DNA from: Psilocybe cubensis | Taxonomy: Eukaryota | DNA length: 64,000 nucleotides | NCBI GenBank assembly: GCA_017499595.2 | Contig: CM038998.1 | Location: 620,001 to 684,000 of the forward strand | Direction of reading: 5' to 3' | Shown here: piece by piece, positions 51,167 through 64,000 of the stretch | How the letters are laid out: every line of letters starts with the position of its first letter | Position numbering within the stretch: the stretch's first letter is position 1 | Made by a program: the position numbers and the translations under genes | The notes under the pieces: generated by a model | The model's input: the letters and a program-made list of their open reading frames with translations, nothing else | Told to the model about the DNA's origin: nothing | Databases searched by the model: none

Positions 51167-52175
51167 TGTGAACGAAATCTACCGACGACCAGCGATGGAG
51201 GATGTGATGAGGTGCAGTCCAGAAGCGTGGGAACTTTCAGAGACGCGACGTGTCGGGTTTCGCTCATGACTGGCATTCTCAAAACTCCAACTCATTTTCC
51301 AGTGGCGTGCATCGATATGGGTATATACTCTCAGAAATACTCGATGTCTTGATCTCTTACACCAGGATTGGGGACCTCGGGCGGCGGTCGTTCTCGTGCC
51401 TGTAGAAATTACATGTCCCAAAATACTATCAACCGCACAAGTACCGTATGTGTTAAATGCCAGCTCCAGAAAACCCTAACTACGACAAAGATTGTATATT
51501 ACAAGCGTTATAATCGCCATAATACTGTGTAAGCTTTTGATTACCGCACTTTTCGCATTGTATTAAAAGCCTTTTCATGCTAGGTGAATGGATTTTGACC
51601 TCATGCATACACCCCAAGTCCGACACAATTAGTGGGAAGGAATCACAAATGGCCCTATGCCACGACTTAGAAATAGCGACTCTTTTGATTGTCTGGGGTG
51701 CAGTACTGAGGTGAGATCTTGGTTGCAATCAAAACCTCGTTTAGACTCAAGGACAACTCAGTAGTGCGCAAGATGCAAGAATCGGCAGTATCAAATTCCA
51801 GAATCTATTGAGTTTTGTATCTTTAACATTTTTTCAAACCGATCTTTTCCACTTGCCTACCACTTCGTGTAAAAGAGTACGTATCTTTCTACTCGATGTG
51901 CAGCGTCCTCAGGTTGTAGGCATGACCAGGGAATACGATCAACGGCAACGAAACAGCGCGCAGACCATAGCCGGGATTGTTACATCAAATTCCATCCCAA
52001 ATCCATGGTTTCGAGCAAAAATAGATCATTTGACATTTCCCCCACAGTACGGTTTGCTTGGCAGAACTCGCCCATGTACCATACTTGGGTGTCTTGATGT
52101 GTTCGGATTGATGTTAGCCTTGATAAAAAGGCCCCAATGCTCCCTAGGACGCGTTACGGTACCTCCCACTTTCTT

Positions 52176-54210
52176 ATGATCGATCGCCCAGGTACCTACG
52201 GTGCTCTTCTTTTGGGAGCTTTGTTGGCAGCTTGGTATGTCCTTTAACTAAGGTCGTTTTTCCAGTGTCTAAATGACTCTCGCATGATTATCAGCTTTTC
52301 AGGGATCATTGTCAGCCAATGCATCGCTTATTTCAAGTTTTTTCCTCAAGATTCAAACCTACTCAAAGGATTGGTGAAGTCTTTGGAATGCTTCACCATT
52401 AACAATCGCTCATTTCTCCCTTTTCAGGTCCTAGTAGTATGGTCGGTTTATCTGTCTAGCACCATGTCAATGAGTATTGACGTCCGTTGACAGGACTCTC
52501 GACGTGATCCATACAGGACTTGTCTGGTCCGCATTGTGGCAATGCATGATCACTCACAACGGGAACGTCAACTACGTGGATTATATCCCCCTGTGAGTTC
52601 TCCAGGCTAATTACGGCCCGTCGAGTCTAACGTGATCCAAAAATCGCAGTAGTATTGCCGTGTGTTGAACAAATCTGTCTTTCGTTCCCCATTCTTGCAT
52701 TAACCTTCGTCTTTCAGTTTAGCGTTGTGCTTACAGTATGTTCTTGCTTTATAACTTTCGATGATCCCTTCATAATCTTGTCCCCTTTCTTACAGGCAGG
52801 CCTAACTTTTATCACACAATGGTATGAACTGCTCAATTCTCTGATCCATTAATTGAATAGCATCATTTTAACGACACTTCAGTTTCTATTCTCATCGTAT
52901 CTGGCGTTGTGAGCATGATTCAACTTCAACATTCACTTGACCGAATACGACCTTATCGTTCTCGTTTTTTTCAGTGAGCATGGGAAAATGGTATCTTACA
53001 TTCCCAGTGGTAAGCTAAGGGCATCAAGGGCATCTTTGAACCCTGATATCGCGGAGATCATTCGACTTAAATATATCTTCAGATTTTACTGGCTTTGGGT
53101 CGTCTAGGTCCGTGAATATTACCTGCTTCAATATTTCATTATTCTGATGGCAAAGCCTATGCACACCCCATACTCATCACCATCAGCTTTAGCATCAGGT
53201 AGAATCGCCCCTATCCAATTGATATTTTGATTATCCTACTTATTACGTCGTAATGAATAGTATCTAGTGGGGAGATGTTTGTCCCGTTGTTCTACCCTTT
53301 TGCCATTCTTCTGTAACAAACCTCTTTCAGGATCCGACTCAAAAGCTATACCATGTTCCGACAGGAATTCATGGTGAGTTGTCTTTGGTTTTCCCAATTC
53401 ATTTTCGACTTGACTTCGGTGTAGTGGCTTTTTTCTCTTGGCCTTGGTCTCTCGTCCGCCGGAGATATCCTCATCACGGTTGTCTTATTTTTCCTGCTTC
53501 AAGGGAGTAGATCTAAACTGCCGAAGTATGAACGTCCACATCTCATATTTTAAATGTGCTACTAATGGCTATCTTTCAAGCCTCAATCTCATTATTGACG
53601 CGTTGATTCTTTATACATTCGAAATAGGATCACTAACAAGGTTAGAAAATTCTCAAAATTCTTTCACAATATCTGTTTTTGAACTAATACGTTGCATAAG
53701 TGTCGCTGCAGTGGCCACCATGATTTGCGTGAGACCTTAACCAAAAGTTGTATGAATTTAACTAACGTTTGTTGTAGTGGATCGTGCTGGATCAAAGCCT
53801 CATCTTTCTCGGACTTCATTTCGTTATTGGAAAGCGTACGTAACACTTCTTACAAAACCAATCATACAAGTGTTGACAAGTATTGTCGCAGTCTATGCAA
53901 ATTCACTTTTGGCGAGGTTAGATGTCGTCTCTAAGAATTATAACCACGAGTATCTAAACTATAAAGCATTTAGCTTGCACGCTCGCAAGGATTTCCGTCG
54001 CTTCGGGCCAATGAATCACGATTTACCGAGCAATAATTCACGCTGGGCCTCACCGTTTCAATTCTTTGTGCGTAAAGAACACGATCACATCATTGCCTAT
54101 CTTCAAACTACTGACTATTTTTAAAGAATGAGAGCGATTCTCGCACTGCTGAGAGTCCTGGAACACAAATTCTCGTGACGAAGAGCGTAGAGTATGATTC
54201 TAAGGTGTAG
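52176..54210 (+). CDS. Multi-pass membrane protein of the agaricomycete DUF6534 type; many short exons; 3' end approximate
   Basis: GTYGALLLGALLA, SGIIVSQCIAYFKFFPQD, TLDVIHTGLVWSALW, LGLGLSSAGDILIT, IIDALILYTFEIGSLT, GLHFVIGK, YANSLLA. Confidence 0.75.
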
Positions 54211-55714
54211 GTTTGTTCTCGTCGCAGGGGATGAGCTGCGCACGGCTCGGAAAAACGAATCGAGTCAGATGTATTATTATTTCAGTGTATTCTTGCAGAT
54301 CATGCATATGGGTTATGTAGAACAAAGATTAAAGCTGCGCGATGGTCAATCATTGAACTTTGTTGGCTTCAATTGACTGTAGCTTTGGATTTCGAGGGTC
54401 AGAATCATATGCAGCATGGCAAATGAAAGCTGACTAACCATGGTAGTTATTCTTTCACAACGTGATCCTGGCCATCTTTCCGAGTATATTATCCATGGTA
54501 TCCCGCACAATTTGACGCCTAGACATCCCGCACTTGTTACTCTCAATGTGTTGCACAAAGCTATGGAAAGCGAGACTGTCAAGCCTCGAAAGCCGTTGCC
54601 AAACATTGACCGGGTGAGCTTGCCGGGTATTTGTTTGATCCAGAGGCACAACCTGACCCGGAAACCCGCTTGCGTGGCATTTCAACTTGTCTGGGCACCG
54701 TCGTCTCAGCCATTGCCAAGCTGTAGCACTCCTGTTTGGGCGCCTCAACCCGACCACTTCTTGCGCCTTTCACTCGAGGCTTTCCCGGCCATCGTGTTTG
54801 CAATCCTGTCGCTCACTTGATAACACCAAGGATCATCCCTGGGCCAGGGTTATCGTGTGAGCGACAGTCAATCAAACCTGCTGTGCCAGAAGAATTGCAT
54901 CGTGCAGCGCTGGATTGCGTATTTTTGCGCACATGCCATGACTATTGGAATGAGGAAAATGAGAAGGGAGAAACTCTCTCTGGGTGTTGGGTCACTACGG
55001 TGCGTTCTGATTTGATTCCAACACATGGGCAACACTGACAATAATGCCATGCGCCTGCATGCCGCATAGGAGTTTTTCACATACACAGTTGGCCAGTAGG
55101 GCTGTGCATTCACCTTGTGGTTCTGCCCGTGTTCCCGCGCTTGCTTTGTAGCTGCACTGTGTGACGGTGTATAGCGTGGCACGCCTTCAGTTCCCATATA
55201 TCTGCCTACATTTGTACCGGCAACTCTGCATGCGCATACACGCTCCGTAGTGAACACACCACAGTCCGTAGTGGCGGTGTTGGATGGAGCGTGCACATCC
55301 AGGCAGAGATGCTTTTGTGTATGCTTGTGGCATGCCACTATAGTCTGCGCTGAAGACATTTGTGTATGCATTGAGGTTATGCCAATCCATCCGTGAAAGG
55401 CAGTATTTTTGAGAATAAGGCAGCTGGGGCAGCTGTTACTCTTTTTGCAAGTGTCTTTTGTTGACGGCTGCTTTTGGTCTGAGATAGATGTAAAAGAAAT
55501 TTCATTGCTGGTGGCCTAGAAATTTTCGGGCACGGAAATACGCTAGCGCCACCAGAGTAATTGATCTTCTTTTTTATGTCTACCTCATATTATAATTTAC
55601 GAAAGTCAGCACAACTTTACTCAAGTGGATATGGGCAGACAGTTTCTGAGAAACAAGAACGGCGATTGTTTAAGATTAAGGCATACTAATCAGACTAATA
55701 GTCATTCTGTATAT

Positions 55715-56320
55715 CTATTCTGTATTGATGGGCTCCAGATCAAACCAAGTGCAGTACTCGTTGCATTTGTGCTGAGATGGAAATTTCATGAATGCTTCTT
55801 CAACATTGCCTTCACCAAAGAGATTTTGCAATGGATTGCCATTGCCGTCTTTAAGTTTGCTACAGAATGTATTAGCATAAACTCAAGCCAGTATTTACAA
55901 GTTGCTTACGGATGGGTCATAACCTGTGGGTCCGTCAACAAGTCTCCAGCGCCTTATATGTGCACATAAGTCAGTTATTCCACATAAACAAATATTGAAA
56001 TAATCACGGCACCTTGAAAGTCTGAGAGAAAAACTTGACCATGAGACTCGACAAACTGCACATGCTGAACAAAGCAAAGGAACTTTGATGTGTCATATCC
56101 TGGCTCGCTTTCTTCAAGAAGTGGAACGGCGTCTGCATTATGGATGTACTTGATAAAAGGCAGTTCTGTTGGGATGAGTTCTTCGAGAAGATAGGCTGCA
56201 GAGTAGGATGTTGAGGCTGCTTGCTGTTTGCCTTTGCCAAATGAATAAGCAATGCATGCCTTAACAAATCGAAGCTTTGGAATTGAAAAGGGAAGATCAT
56301 CCGAATCGAGATTGCCACAT
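55715..56320 (-). pseudogene. C-terminal half of an alpha-kinase (eEF2K/MHCK-like), 5'-truncated
   Basis: IPKLRFVKA, YLLEELI, FIKYIHN, FVQHVQF, FLSDFQG | LLTDPQVMTHP | LFGEGN...HKCNEYC..FDL; similarity stops near 56320. Confidence 0.85.
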
Positions 56321-56968
56321 AGTGTTGTAACATTGTACTGTACCATACGATACAATGTACATAAAGATGGGATCATATGATATGCATTCGATGAATACAT
56401 TGAGACAGTGAATAATACACATATAAAACTAGTAATCTGTACTGTTTCATATGGTATGGATTCATCGAATCATTGTATACTTTACTATATTTTTGATTTA
56501 TAAAAGTTGACAAAGAGTAGTACTACAAGCTGTTTACTATTAATTCACATGCTCAAAGTTGCGGAAAACAAGTCGAAGCATATCATAGGGCAAACCCCGA
56601 CTCAGATGGCGGGATTTCAAGATTCCTCAAAGATTTCAACACAACCCCGTCACATTGGCGCAAGCCGCAAACTAACATAGGCACTGCACATGCCTGAGAG
56701 TTTGCACACGCCTGAGAGTTCAGACACATGTATTGTTTAAAGTAAAAAAAAATGCATACAATATACTATTCAGTACACTTCCGCACATAAAAGTTGAAGT
56801 TGTGCCACAGAGGTCAGTGTCAGCGTCGGAAATTGTTGCCATCGTCGGAAATTAGTCTGGTGTCGGAAATTCTAAACTTAATGACCTTGAACTCCGTTGC
56901 AATTTGTAGTCACTTAAATTTGATATTCAAACTTCGGGAACAAGAATTCATATTACAAAAAAAATAAT

Positions 56969-57569
56969 CTACTGTTGCTTATCATTGGTACCGCTTTTCT
57001 GCCCCTCGTTCACGCTATGGCGTTCTGCAATAAACTGTAGAGACTTCCGTATATGCCTATCTAATGCGCCTAAAGCCTTGCGATGAGTATTTGCCAGCTG
57101 TAATTTCTCCACCTCGGCAAGGTACAGTCGGTGGGCAGCATCCTTGTAGGAAATTCCCAAACGCTGTTGCAGGCTACAGACTTCCGCATGAAGGGACAAT
57201 CGTTCTTGATCGGTCAACGGCTATTTGAAATGTAAAAATGAAGAATTCAAACTAAATCAGAGGAAGACTCACAGGTTCTGGAGGTACATGAAGATTCCCT
57301 CCTAAGGTGTTGTAGATTTGAGTGTTCTTAGCGGCAGGGTCCTAACACATTTTTAATCAGTAGCACTCCAAATAATTGCTGGGAATATGGCAAGGACTTA
57401 CGATTCCCGAAGCTTTGGTAACGCCGATATTTGATTTAGCAAGCTGAACGGCTAATGCCTGCTCCAAAGACTGAGCCATGAACTCTGGAACAATGTAGTC
57501 CCGATTGTCTGGGCCGAGGACAAGTATGTAGCCATCGGGGAGTTCGTATTCAAAGGTGTTCTCAGCCAT
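56969..57569 (-). CDS. Small 3-exon uncharacterised protein (LGISYKDAAHRLY motif)
   Basis: MAENTFEYELPDGYILVLGPD...GI | DPAAKNTQIYNTLGGNLHVPPEP | PLTDQERLSLHAEVCSLQQRLGISYKDAAHRLYLAEVEKL, with GT-AG introns. Confidence 0.7.
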
Positions 57570-57823
57570 GGATATGAGTAGTGGGTACTAGGGGGGATGG
57601 AGAAAGGTGGGACCGGCACCCAAGCAATTTTATATGTTATCGGCATCTTTAATAGGGGTCGCGTAGTTTTTGAAATGTTAGAGCACGTGATCGTTCACGC
57701 GTCTGATTAGATTAGCTTGAAATTCAGTCGAAGATGCAAGCCTCTGCTCAGATCATTCTTTCCTTTTGTCCATCACAACCTCCTGCATAACAACCCCACT
57801 CTTTCTTTCTGCCCTGCATACCA

Positions 57824-60800
57824 ATGGCTTCTCCCTTCCCAAATGCCTCAGCTTTACGACTCGTATTGGCCGATATCGATGCAGGAGTGAAGAATGCTAT
57901 CAAAAGTGGGGGGATTGAAGAATATATCAAGTTGGTGAAGGGAAAAGTGGTGCGTAAATTGATTTCTTTTACTAAAATTTGCTCTGAAATGCTGGGTACC
58001 GCTTAGAAACAGCTCTTCGAAGCTCAAAAACTTGGTATTTTTCGCGAGGTCTTCGAAGAGTTTGGCACCTTTCTTTGGAGTGTCATTGTTGAATATAGGA
58101 CAGCTCAAAAGCAGAAGACATTCGATCGCGAAACATTTTTGGCAACATATAGGCTGAAACTCCAAGTTCTTGAGGCTTCCTCGAAGGGATCGTCTGGTTC
58201 GCCTGCAAATGCCCGTATTCCCGCCGATGCCCGCGTTCCCGCCTCTGCTCGTGTTTTCAACACAACTCAAAACCCCGCTGCTGCTGCCCGTGTTCCCAAC
58301 GCCGCCCAGGTACCTGCCCCTGCTCGTGTTTCCGACACTCAAATCTCCCCCGCCGCCCAGGTTCCCGCTTCTGCTCGTGTTCCCTCCACTCAAGTTCCCA
58401 CCGCCGGCCAGATTCCTGCTGCTTCCCGTGTTCCTGCCGCCACACAAGTTCCCGCTACTGGAGTAAACTCCGCTGTCCCGCAGACCAAACATGATGGTTC
58501 TGCTTTAGTAGCACGGTCGGGGTCTGGCTCTAAAAGAGAGGTTGCGCCCACTACATCTGCTGGTGGAAAAGGTGAGTTTATATTCATCTATCTACCCCAA
58601 CAGTTAATCAAATTATCTCTCAAGTGTCCTCGTCGGCGAGAGCTATCAAACCCCTCCCCAAAACCGGCCTCCCCCAAACCGCTGGTCCAAAGCTGACGGA
58701 TCTCGCGGAGATGGTAGACCACCTAGAGAAGTCTGTCGGGAAAAATAAATCCGGCAAGAAAAAGAACATGAGGTCCACACCTTCAGACTTGGATCCAAAT
58801 TTGCCACTTGTAGAGAAGTATCATATTTTGGCAGTCAAGGCTCTGGATCAACCAGACTCACCTATTCATGACTTTCAGAAAAAGAAGCAGGCTTCGAAGA
58901 AGGCAGATTGGGAGACGAGGAACGATTGGAACGACTCCGCGTCGGAGTGGAAGGATTCCGACCCATCGGATGGCGAAAACCCTGCCAGTGGTTCCAAGAG
59001 GAAGAGGAAGCACAACGCAAAGGAGGAGTCGACGTGCAAGCGGTGCGTCGAAATGGAGTATGAGTGCAAGCAGCGGGATAGTGTATGGAAAAAGGGCAGT
59101 TCAAAGGCCTGTTTTGAGTGTTGGAGAGACAAAAAAAAGTGTTCATTCCGTGTAAGTTACATTTTGTACAGATTTTATTCACTAAATGACTTGAAAATAG
59201 ACCAAGAAATCGGAATCCGGGGATGGAGGCATTGATGGCGTTGGTAACTCGAAGACAAAACCCATCAAACAGCCCTCCAAACAGGCTTCATCTTCAAAGT
59301 CTCAGGCGGGCAAGTTCAAATCGGCAAAGTATATCGAGTCAAGCGACAAGGAAGACACGCCTGCACCCCCCAAGAAGAAGAAGAAGATATCGGATAATAA
59401 CGACAAGGAAGACGCACCTCGTGCAGCACCAAAGGTAAAGGCATCGGAGAATGCCCACTCTGAGGGCAAGGCAGGTATGCCAACTCAGGAAATCATCGAA
59501 ATCCAGTCCGACAGGTCCGACAACGATATTCAACTTTTGCAAGTCCCGCAAAAAGACAAAATCCGCAAAGCTCAACCCGACGACAATACGATTTCACATA
59601 AGAAGATCCGAAGGGAAGAGAACACGGCGGGCAATCATTCAGGTTTTTATTTTCATGTTTGAATCTTTTAGTACCTATGTCTAATTTCTTTTGAAAAGGT
59701 TCCCAAATTCTCGCTCTCAAAGATATCTCCGATGTCAACTCTGTGGAGACAACGGAAAAATCTACCAAAGGTATGTTCCTACTTTGAATTCATTTTGAAA
59801 GTTATATTGAAGAAACCCCCGACGCCAACGCCGACTCCTCAAGACACTCCTCAAATTCCAAACACGCTGTCCAGTTACCCATTCATTTTTGAGATGGAAA
59901 AACGACTTACGGTTCTCGAGAACAGACAGAGTTCCTACGAAGAACACTGTGCCGACATCTACACGCAGCTTGAGGAACTAAAAAACGAATTTGAAGAACT
60001 TGAAAAGTCCGCCGGGTTTCAACAGGTCAAGATTTGGAATCAAGATGAACAGCTCAATTCGATGGAGCGTTCAATTGCGCACCACAAGCAACTTGCTGAT
60101 GGCACGTCGTCATCACTGAATCGCACTATAGACCTTCTGAAGGCCGTTCGGAAGGATGTTTCAAGATTTCAAGGGCAGATCGATGGAGTTGTGGAAAGGC
60201 TAGAAAACGTGGAGGGGCGTTGGGTCGACTATGCCGACTCAAACGTGGAATACGCATCCAAGCATGATGGCTTTGGTGCATTTGATAGCATTCAAGCTAC
60301 AAGTGGTCCCAATGACGCCTCCAACGCCTCCGACGCCTCCGACGCCTCCGATGCGCCTTCCAACGCCTCTGCCTCCGAAGCCTCCGACGCCTCCGCCTCC
60401 GACACTTCCAATGTTTCCGACACAGAAACTGAAGAACAACAGGCAGAAACAGGTGTGACTACCCTGAACCTCTATGACATTGAAACAAATGCTGACACTG
60501 ACACCGAAGACAATTCAGATGCCGATGCTGAAGCTGACCCAGACCCAGAGGCTGATGTCAACGACAATGCTAATGACAATGCCAACGCCAACACCAACAA
60601 CCAGGGTGACGCTGATGCTGATGTTCCAGCTAATACTGACATCAAACCCGATGACCCAGCGTCTTCAACCACCGGCATTATTCCCGATGACCCAGCTTCT
60701 TCAACCAGTGGCATTGTTTTGGAGAGAAAGTCTGATACCCACACATCTGGCAGCAGAAAGGATGTCAACCCAGCAACGTCGAACACTGAAGGTGAAGCTC

Positions 60801-60991
60801 TCAACTCCGTCAATGCACACGCCAATGCCGACAGTAACGAACACGCCACAGAGTCAGGCTCAAACATGAGTCTTGACTCGGAGTCTTCGAATCTCAACGG
60901 CGAGATTATCCCACCAAAGACAACTGTTTTGCCAGACTATAAGTCGGATAACTCACCAGTCTCAACGCCCCAGTCGGATATGGTTTTGTAG
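57824..60991 (+). CDS. Multi-exon low-complexity protein with PARV repeats, a Zn(II)2Cys6-like cluster, a coiled coil and an acidic tail; exon boundaries approximate
   Basis: CKRCVEMEYEC-x14-CFECWRDKKKC near 59035-59142; heptad-rich EKRLTVLENRQ...LEELKNEFEELEK; D/N/S/A-rich C-terminus. Confidence 0.65.
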
Positions 60992-61100
60992 GACTTAGAC
61001 ATGGGATGGGATGCCTTTTAGTATACTGTTTTCAAGCTGTGTAGTTTGCCCCCTTTTGTAAAAAAAATAAATATTACTGTCTTTATCTATTCATGACTAT

Positions 61101-63370
61101 CTAACTGGTTCTCTCCCGTACACGACGCATCCTTTTACCAGAGATAATTAAGGACTCTTCAACTTCCGGCCTCTTTCTGCGGTTTCCTTTGGGTTGTGCC
61201 GATTCGTTGGATACGTGTGAAGACGGGTCTGCAGTTAGACTGCCATTTGCAAGAAGAGTCCTTTCTATATCTCTTGCTTCGTCCAACAGGCGATGGTTTT
61301 CTTCAGCTTGAGCAATTTCCTCAGGAGTAACTGGCTTACGTCGGGGTCGGGGTTTAGGTCGGGAATTTGGCAACTTGGCGGGTTGTACACTGTCGGAAGC
61401 CGGAGGTTCTGGTTGTGGAGCGGCCGGTGGCGGAGTGGGTATGTTAGCTAGTGGTATGCCTCCATTACCACTACTATTTATTGCTGTTGATTCTGGGGGC
61501 GGATATACAAATGTTTGTAGATGAGAAAGAGCAGGGTTGCTCATGTCAAGGTTAGAGGTGGGACCAGATGCCAGACTAAATTGGTGTATTTCCGACATGT
61601 CTTGAAGTCCAATTGGATTTGGCGACGGATTACTCGGAAATGTTTCTTGAGGCCTAACAGAGACTTCGTGCCCAAGGAGTTGTGGATCAATATGCATGTT
61701 ATCGATGCTAGTAATTTGTGTTGAAGGTACTTCGAATGAGAGGAGACCAGATGCACCTGGCATTTCCTCTATGTGTATGGGTCGAGCTTCGACTTGGGTT
61801 GGTTTTGATGATTTCTTTGCTCTGCGGCGACTTTTTTTGGGAGCGGGAATGGGACGCTTTGGCTCATCAAGTCTAATATCTTCATCGGGATACTGGCTGA
61901 ACATTATCTCCTCTCCTTTGCGGTGTTTTTTGACCTTTCGGAATCGGAAAACCTGATTGAGTGAAAAGGTTTCCTGTCGTTGACGCAGATGAGTCAATAA
62001 CATACGAATATCTTCAATAGTCATGTTTCTAGGTGGTGCCAATTTTAGTCCATGAGGCAAGTAGTCGGGAGATATGAATGCGGATTGTTTTTTGGCAATG
62101 TAATCATATGGAGGGTGTTTGCTTCGGCCATTTGTTGCAAGACCTATAGTTAAGATTGTTGCAATTTTCAGTCAACGTAATGATTATGCTAAATACAAAC
62201 TTACTGTAATGTTGACTGAAGTACAACCCCATGAGAGTTTCAAGTTGTCGTTTATTCAATTTGTCGGCCTCAAAGTCCCGCGGTAACTTGGGGAAACCCT
62301 GTGCATCCTGGTCAAGCATTAGAATGCTGGATCCATCACCATCACCTCCACCATCTCTGGCTCGATTCTTAGCATTCAATAGTCCGCGCACATAAAGTCC
62401 GATTAATCTCTTCAATTGTGTCACTTCGGCAGATTTTTGGTCCTCAAACGATGTTGATGTGACTCCAAGGATATTGGCAATTTCATCATGGCTAGATTAA
62501 AGACGTCAGACATAGTGCTTGTAGTATTGAGACAGAACTCACACCCGGACAGCTAGCTGTCCCGACTCTGTAAGCTGTGTAACAAATGTAATAGTCATAA
62601 GACCCATTTCCGCCCAATTCCGCTTTGAAGCCTCATCCAATTTCCGAAACGCATGCTTGTTGGCATTACTAGAAGATCATTAAGTGATTAAGAACATTTA
62701 ATTATAATATTAAACATACGCTCGCTTCTGCTCATCGGAATATTCAACTGATTCTAAAGCTTTCCCCTCGAGGTCAAGTTGTTTGAGTTCGTTGTCGGAC
62801 ATGCGTGCAAGAATATTTCCCATAGCTTTCATTCTGTTCTCAAAAATTCCTGGAGTGCCAGCAGTGACTGAATCAATACCCAAAATTGTGGCTATCTCTT
62901 TGTAGACCTCTTCTTTTCTTGTTCGCCAGAGAATAGTTGTTCGTTTTTTGGGGTGGCCTGTGAGTTCCGCTTCGGTCGGCTTTGCTGAGCGCCAATTGTT
63001 TCTTATCCATTTTAGTAATTTCTAAATCCGATCAACAAAGTTAATATCATGTTGGGCGCTAACACTTTGGTACCTGAAATTCCGACTAAATAGCCAAACA
63101 AACCTTTGCTTCCTGCTGGGCAAATTCCTCTGTCTGGGAAACAATTCGACTCCCAGTCTCAATCCAATAGTTGAACAGGACTGGAAGTATGCAACATACA
63201 ACCTCTTTTCGCCCACGGTTACTTCCAGCATCCAGATACTGTTGTTTGAATGCTTCGATTTTCTCGCGTTCCTGATGATTATAGACTTTCCGTCTCCTGT
63301 CATGTGTACGAAAGACATCATCTAGCAAGAGAGTTTTGTAATCCTCTGTGAGAGAACCAGTAGCGTCCAT
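61101..63370 (-). CDS. 5-exon uncharacterised protein, distant homolog of cargo gene A
   Basis: In-frame splicing; DAQGFPKLP...GLYFSQHY|S...PPYDYI...[11 protein letters not shown]...LLTHL...FRF parallels gene A DTNGCPLLP...DYFLSLW|H...IPWDAI...LPIGALKSP...LTKYL...FKF. Confidence 0.75.
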
Positions 63371-63605
63371 AGTCTCCTATGTATGTATATATAATGTTAT
63401 TATTCACATATTGAAGGACGTGAAAATGATAAATCTGTAAACTTACTTTGAAAGTCTTGTCACTTGTCTTGAGCAAATACTTGGGGGGAGCAAAAACAAA
63501 AGAAACCAAAAAAGATTCTGCAACAAATATATATTCTCCCGGACCATGTAATTTGATTTTCTTAACATTTTGGGGTTGCCATCTGATAATCAGATATCAG
63601 ATGCC

Positions 63606-64000
63606 ATGTCTAGCACATTCCTCTCTCTGACTACTACCACCATGACAAAAAACTCTCGCAAGTCAAAGAAAAAGACCCTTTACGAGGATGACCCTGATGC
63701 AGCAGATGTCATCACATACAAAACACAATCCAGGACAACCCGAAATGGGAGAAGAGTTGAAGAGTTAGTTAAAGTCCCGCTAACCAGAACAGAACGGTAT
63801 CACGTTAATGGGGATCAACCACCGTCTGTTTCTGTGGATGACAATGACAATGACTCAGGGCCAGCACCTATGGATTACGATGATGTGAATGTGGATGATA
63901 CTGTGGTCCCAAAGGCCCGAAAGGTATGAGTTTGGAATATATTCTGCATACAATAAAAGTACTCACATAAATATTAGACGCAAAGAGATTATATTCTCCA
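63606..64000 (+). CDS. 5' end of a probable CxC2-KDZ transposase gene (start codon uncertain; runs off the edge)
   Basis: Basic/acidic N-terminal exon ending PKARK, intron GTATGA...TTAG, then TQRDYIL, resembling the segment before CxC2 domains. The domain itself is not in the window. Confidence 0.45.

Larger units (their letters stand above)
56320..64000. mobile_element. Probable left part of a second large KDZ-type element; right end lies outside the window
   Basis: Abuts the truncated alpha-kinase; short repeats near the junction; contains a homolog of cargo gene A head-to-head with a CxC2-transposase-like N-terminus. Confidence 0.5.

Noticed and set aside
54400-55500. TG/CA-rich stretch with several medium ORFs, possibly a deaminated transposon relic
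   Set aside because: No domain, terminus or repeat partner could be identified by eye; left unassigned.

Overview
Intron-rich fungal DNA, most consistent with an agaricomycete (about 50-nt GT-AG introns, a FunK1 kinase, a CxC2-KDZ transposase, CBM-less GH6 genes); the species cannot be determined. Resident genes: the 5' part of a PX-like/AGC-kinase-type gene running off the left edge, an inverted pair of GH6 cellulases, a homeobox gene, a FAS1 protein, a GRE2-like reductase, three tandem small secreted proteins, coatomer beta and a DUF6534-type membrane protein. The main discovery is a complete 11,922-bp KDZ (Kyakuja-Dileera-Zisupton) type DNA transposon (8782-20703). It has 369-bp subterminal inverted repeats and an 8-bp target-site duplication (CAAAGCGA); removing it restores a FunK1 kinase reading frame exactly. 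It carries an intact transposase and three intact cargo genes. Each cargo gene is preceded, on its sense strand, by a cluster of bulged hairpins (outer stem-TC-GAC-TNNNN-GTC-outer stem) whose outer stems vary but stay complementary, suggesting an element-internal, structure-based regulatory system. A probable second KDZ-type element (about 56320 to beyond the right edge) abuts a truncated alpha-kinase. A hairpin-bounded 1-kb insertion carrying a captured DUF155 fragment sits next to its own empty-site copy. All family calls are from motif recognition by eye, without database searches.
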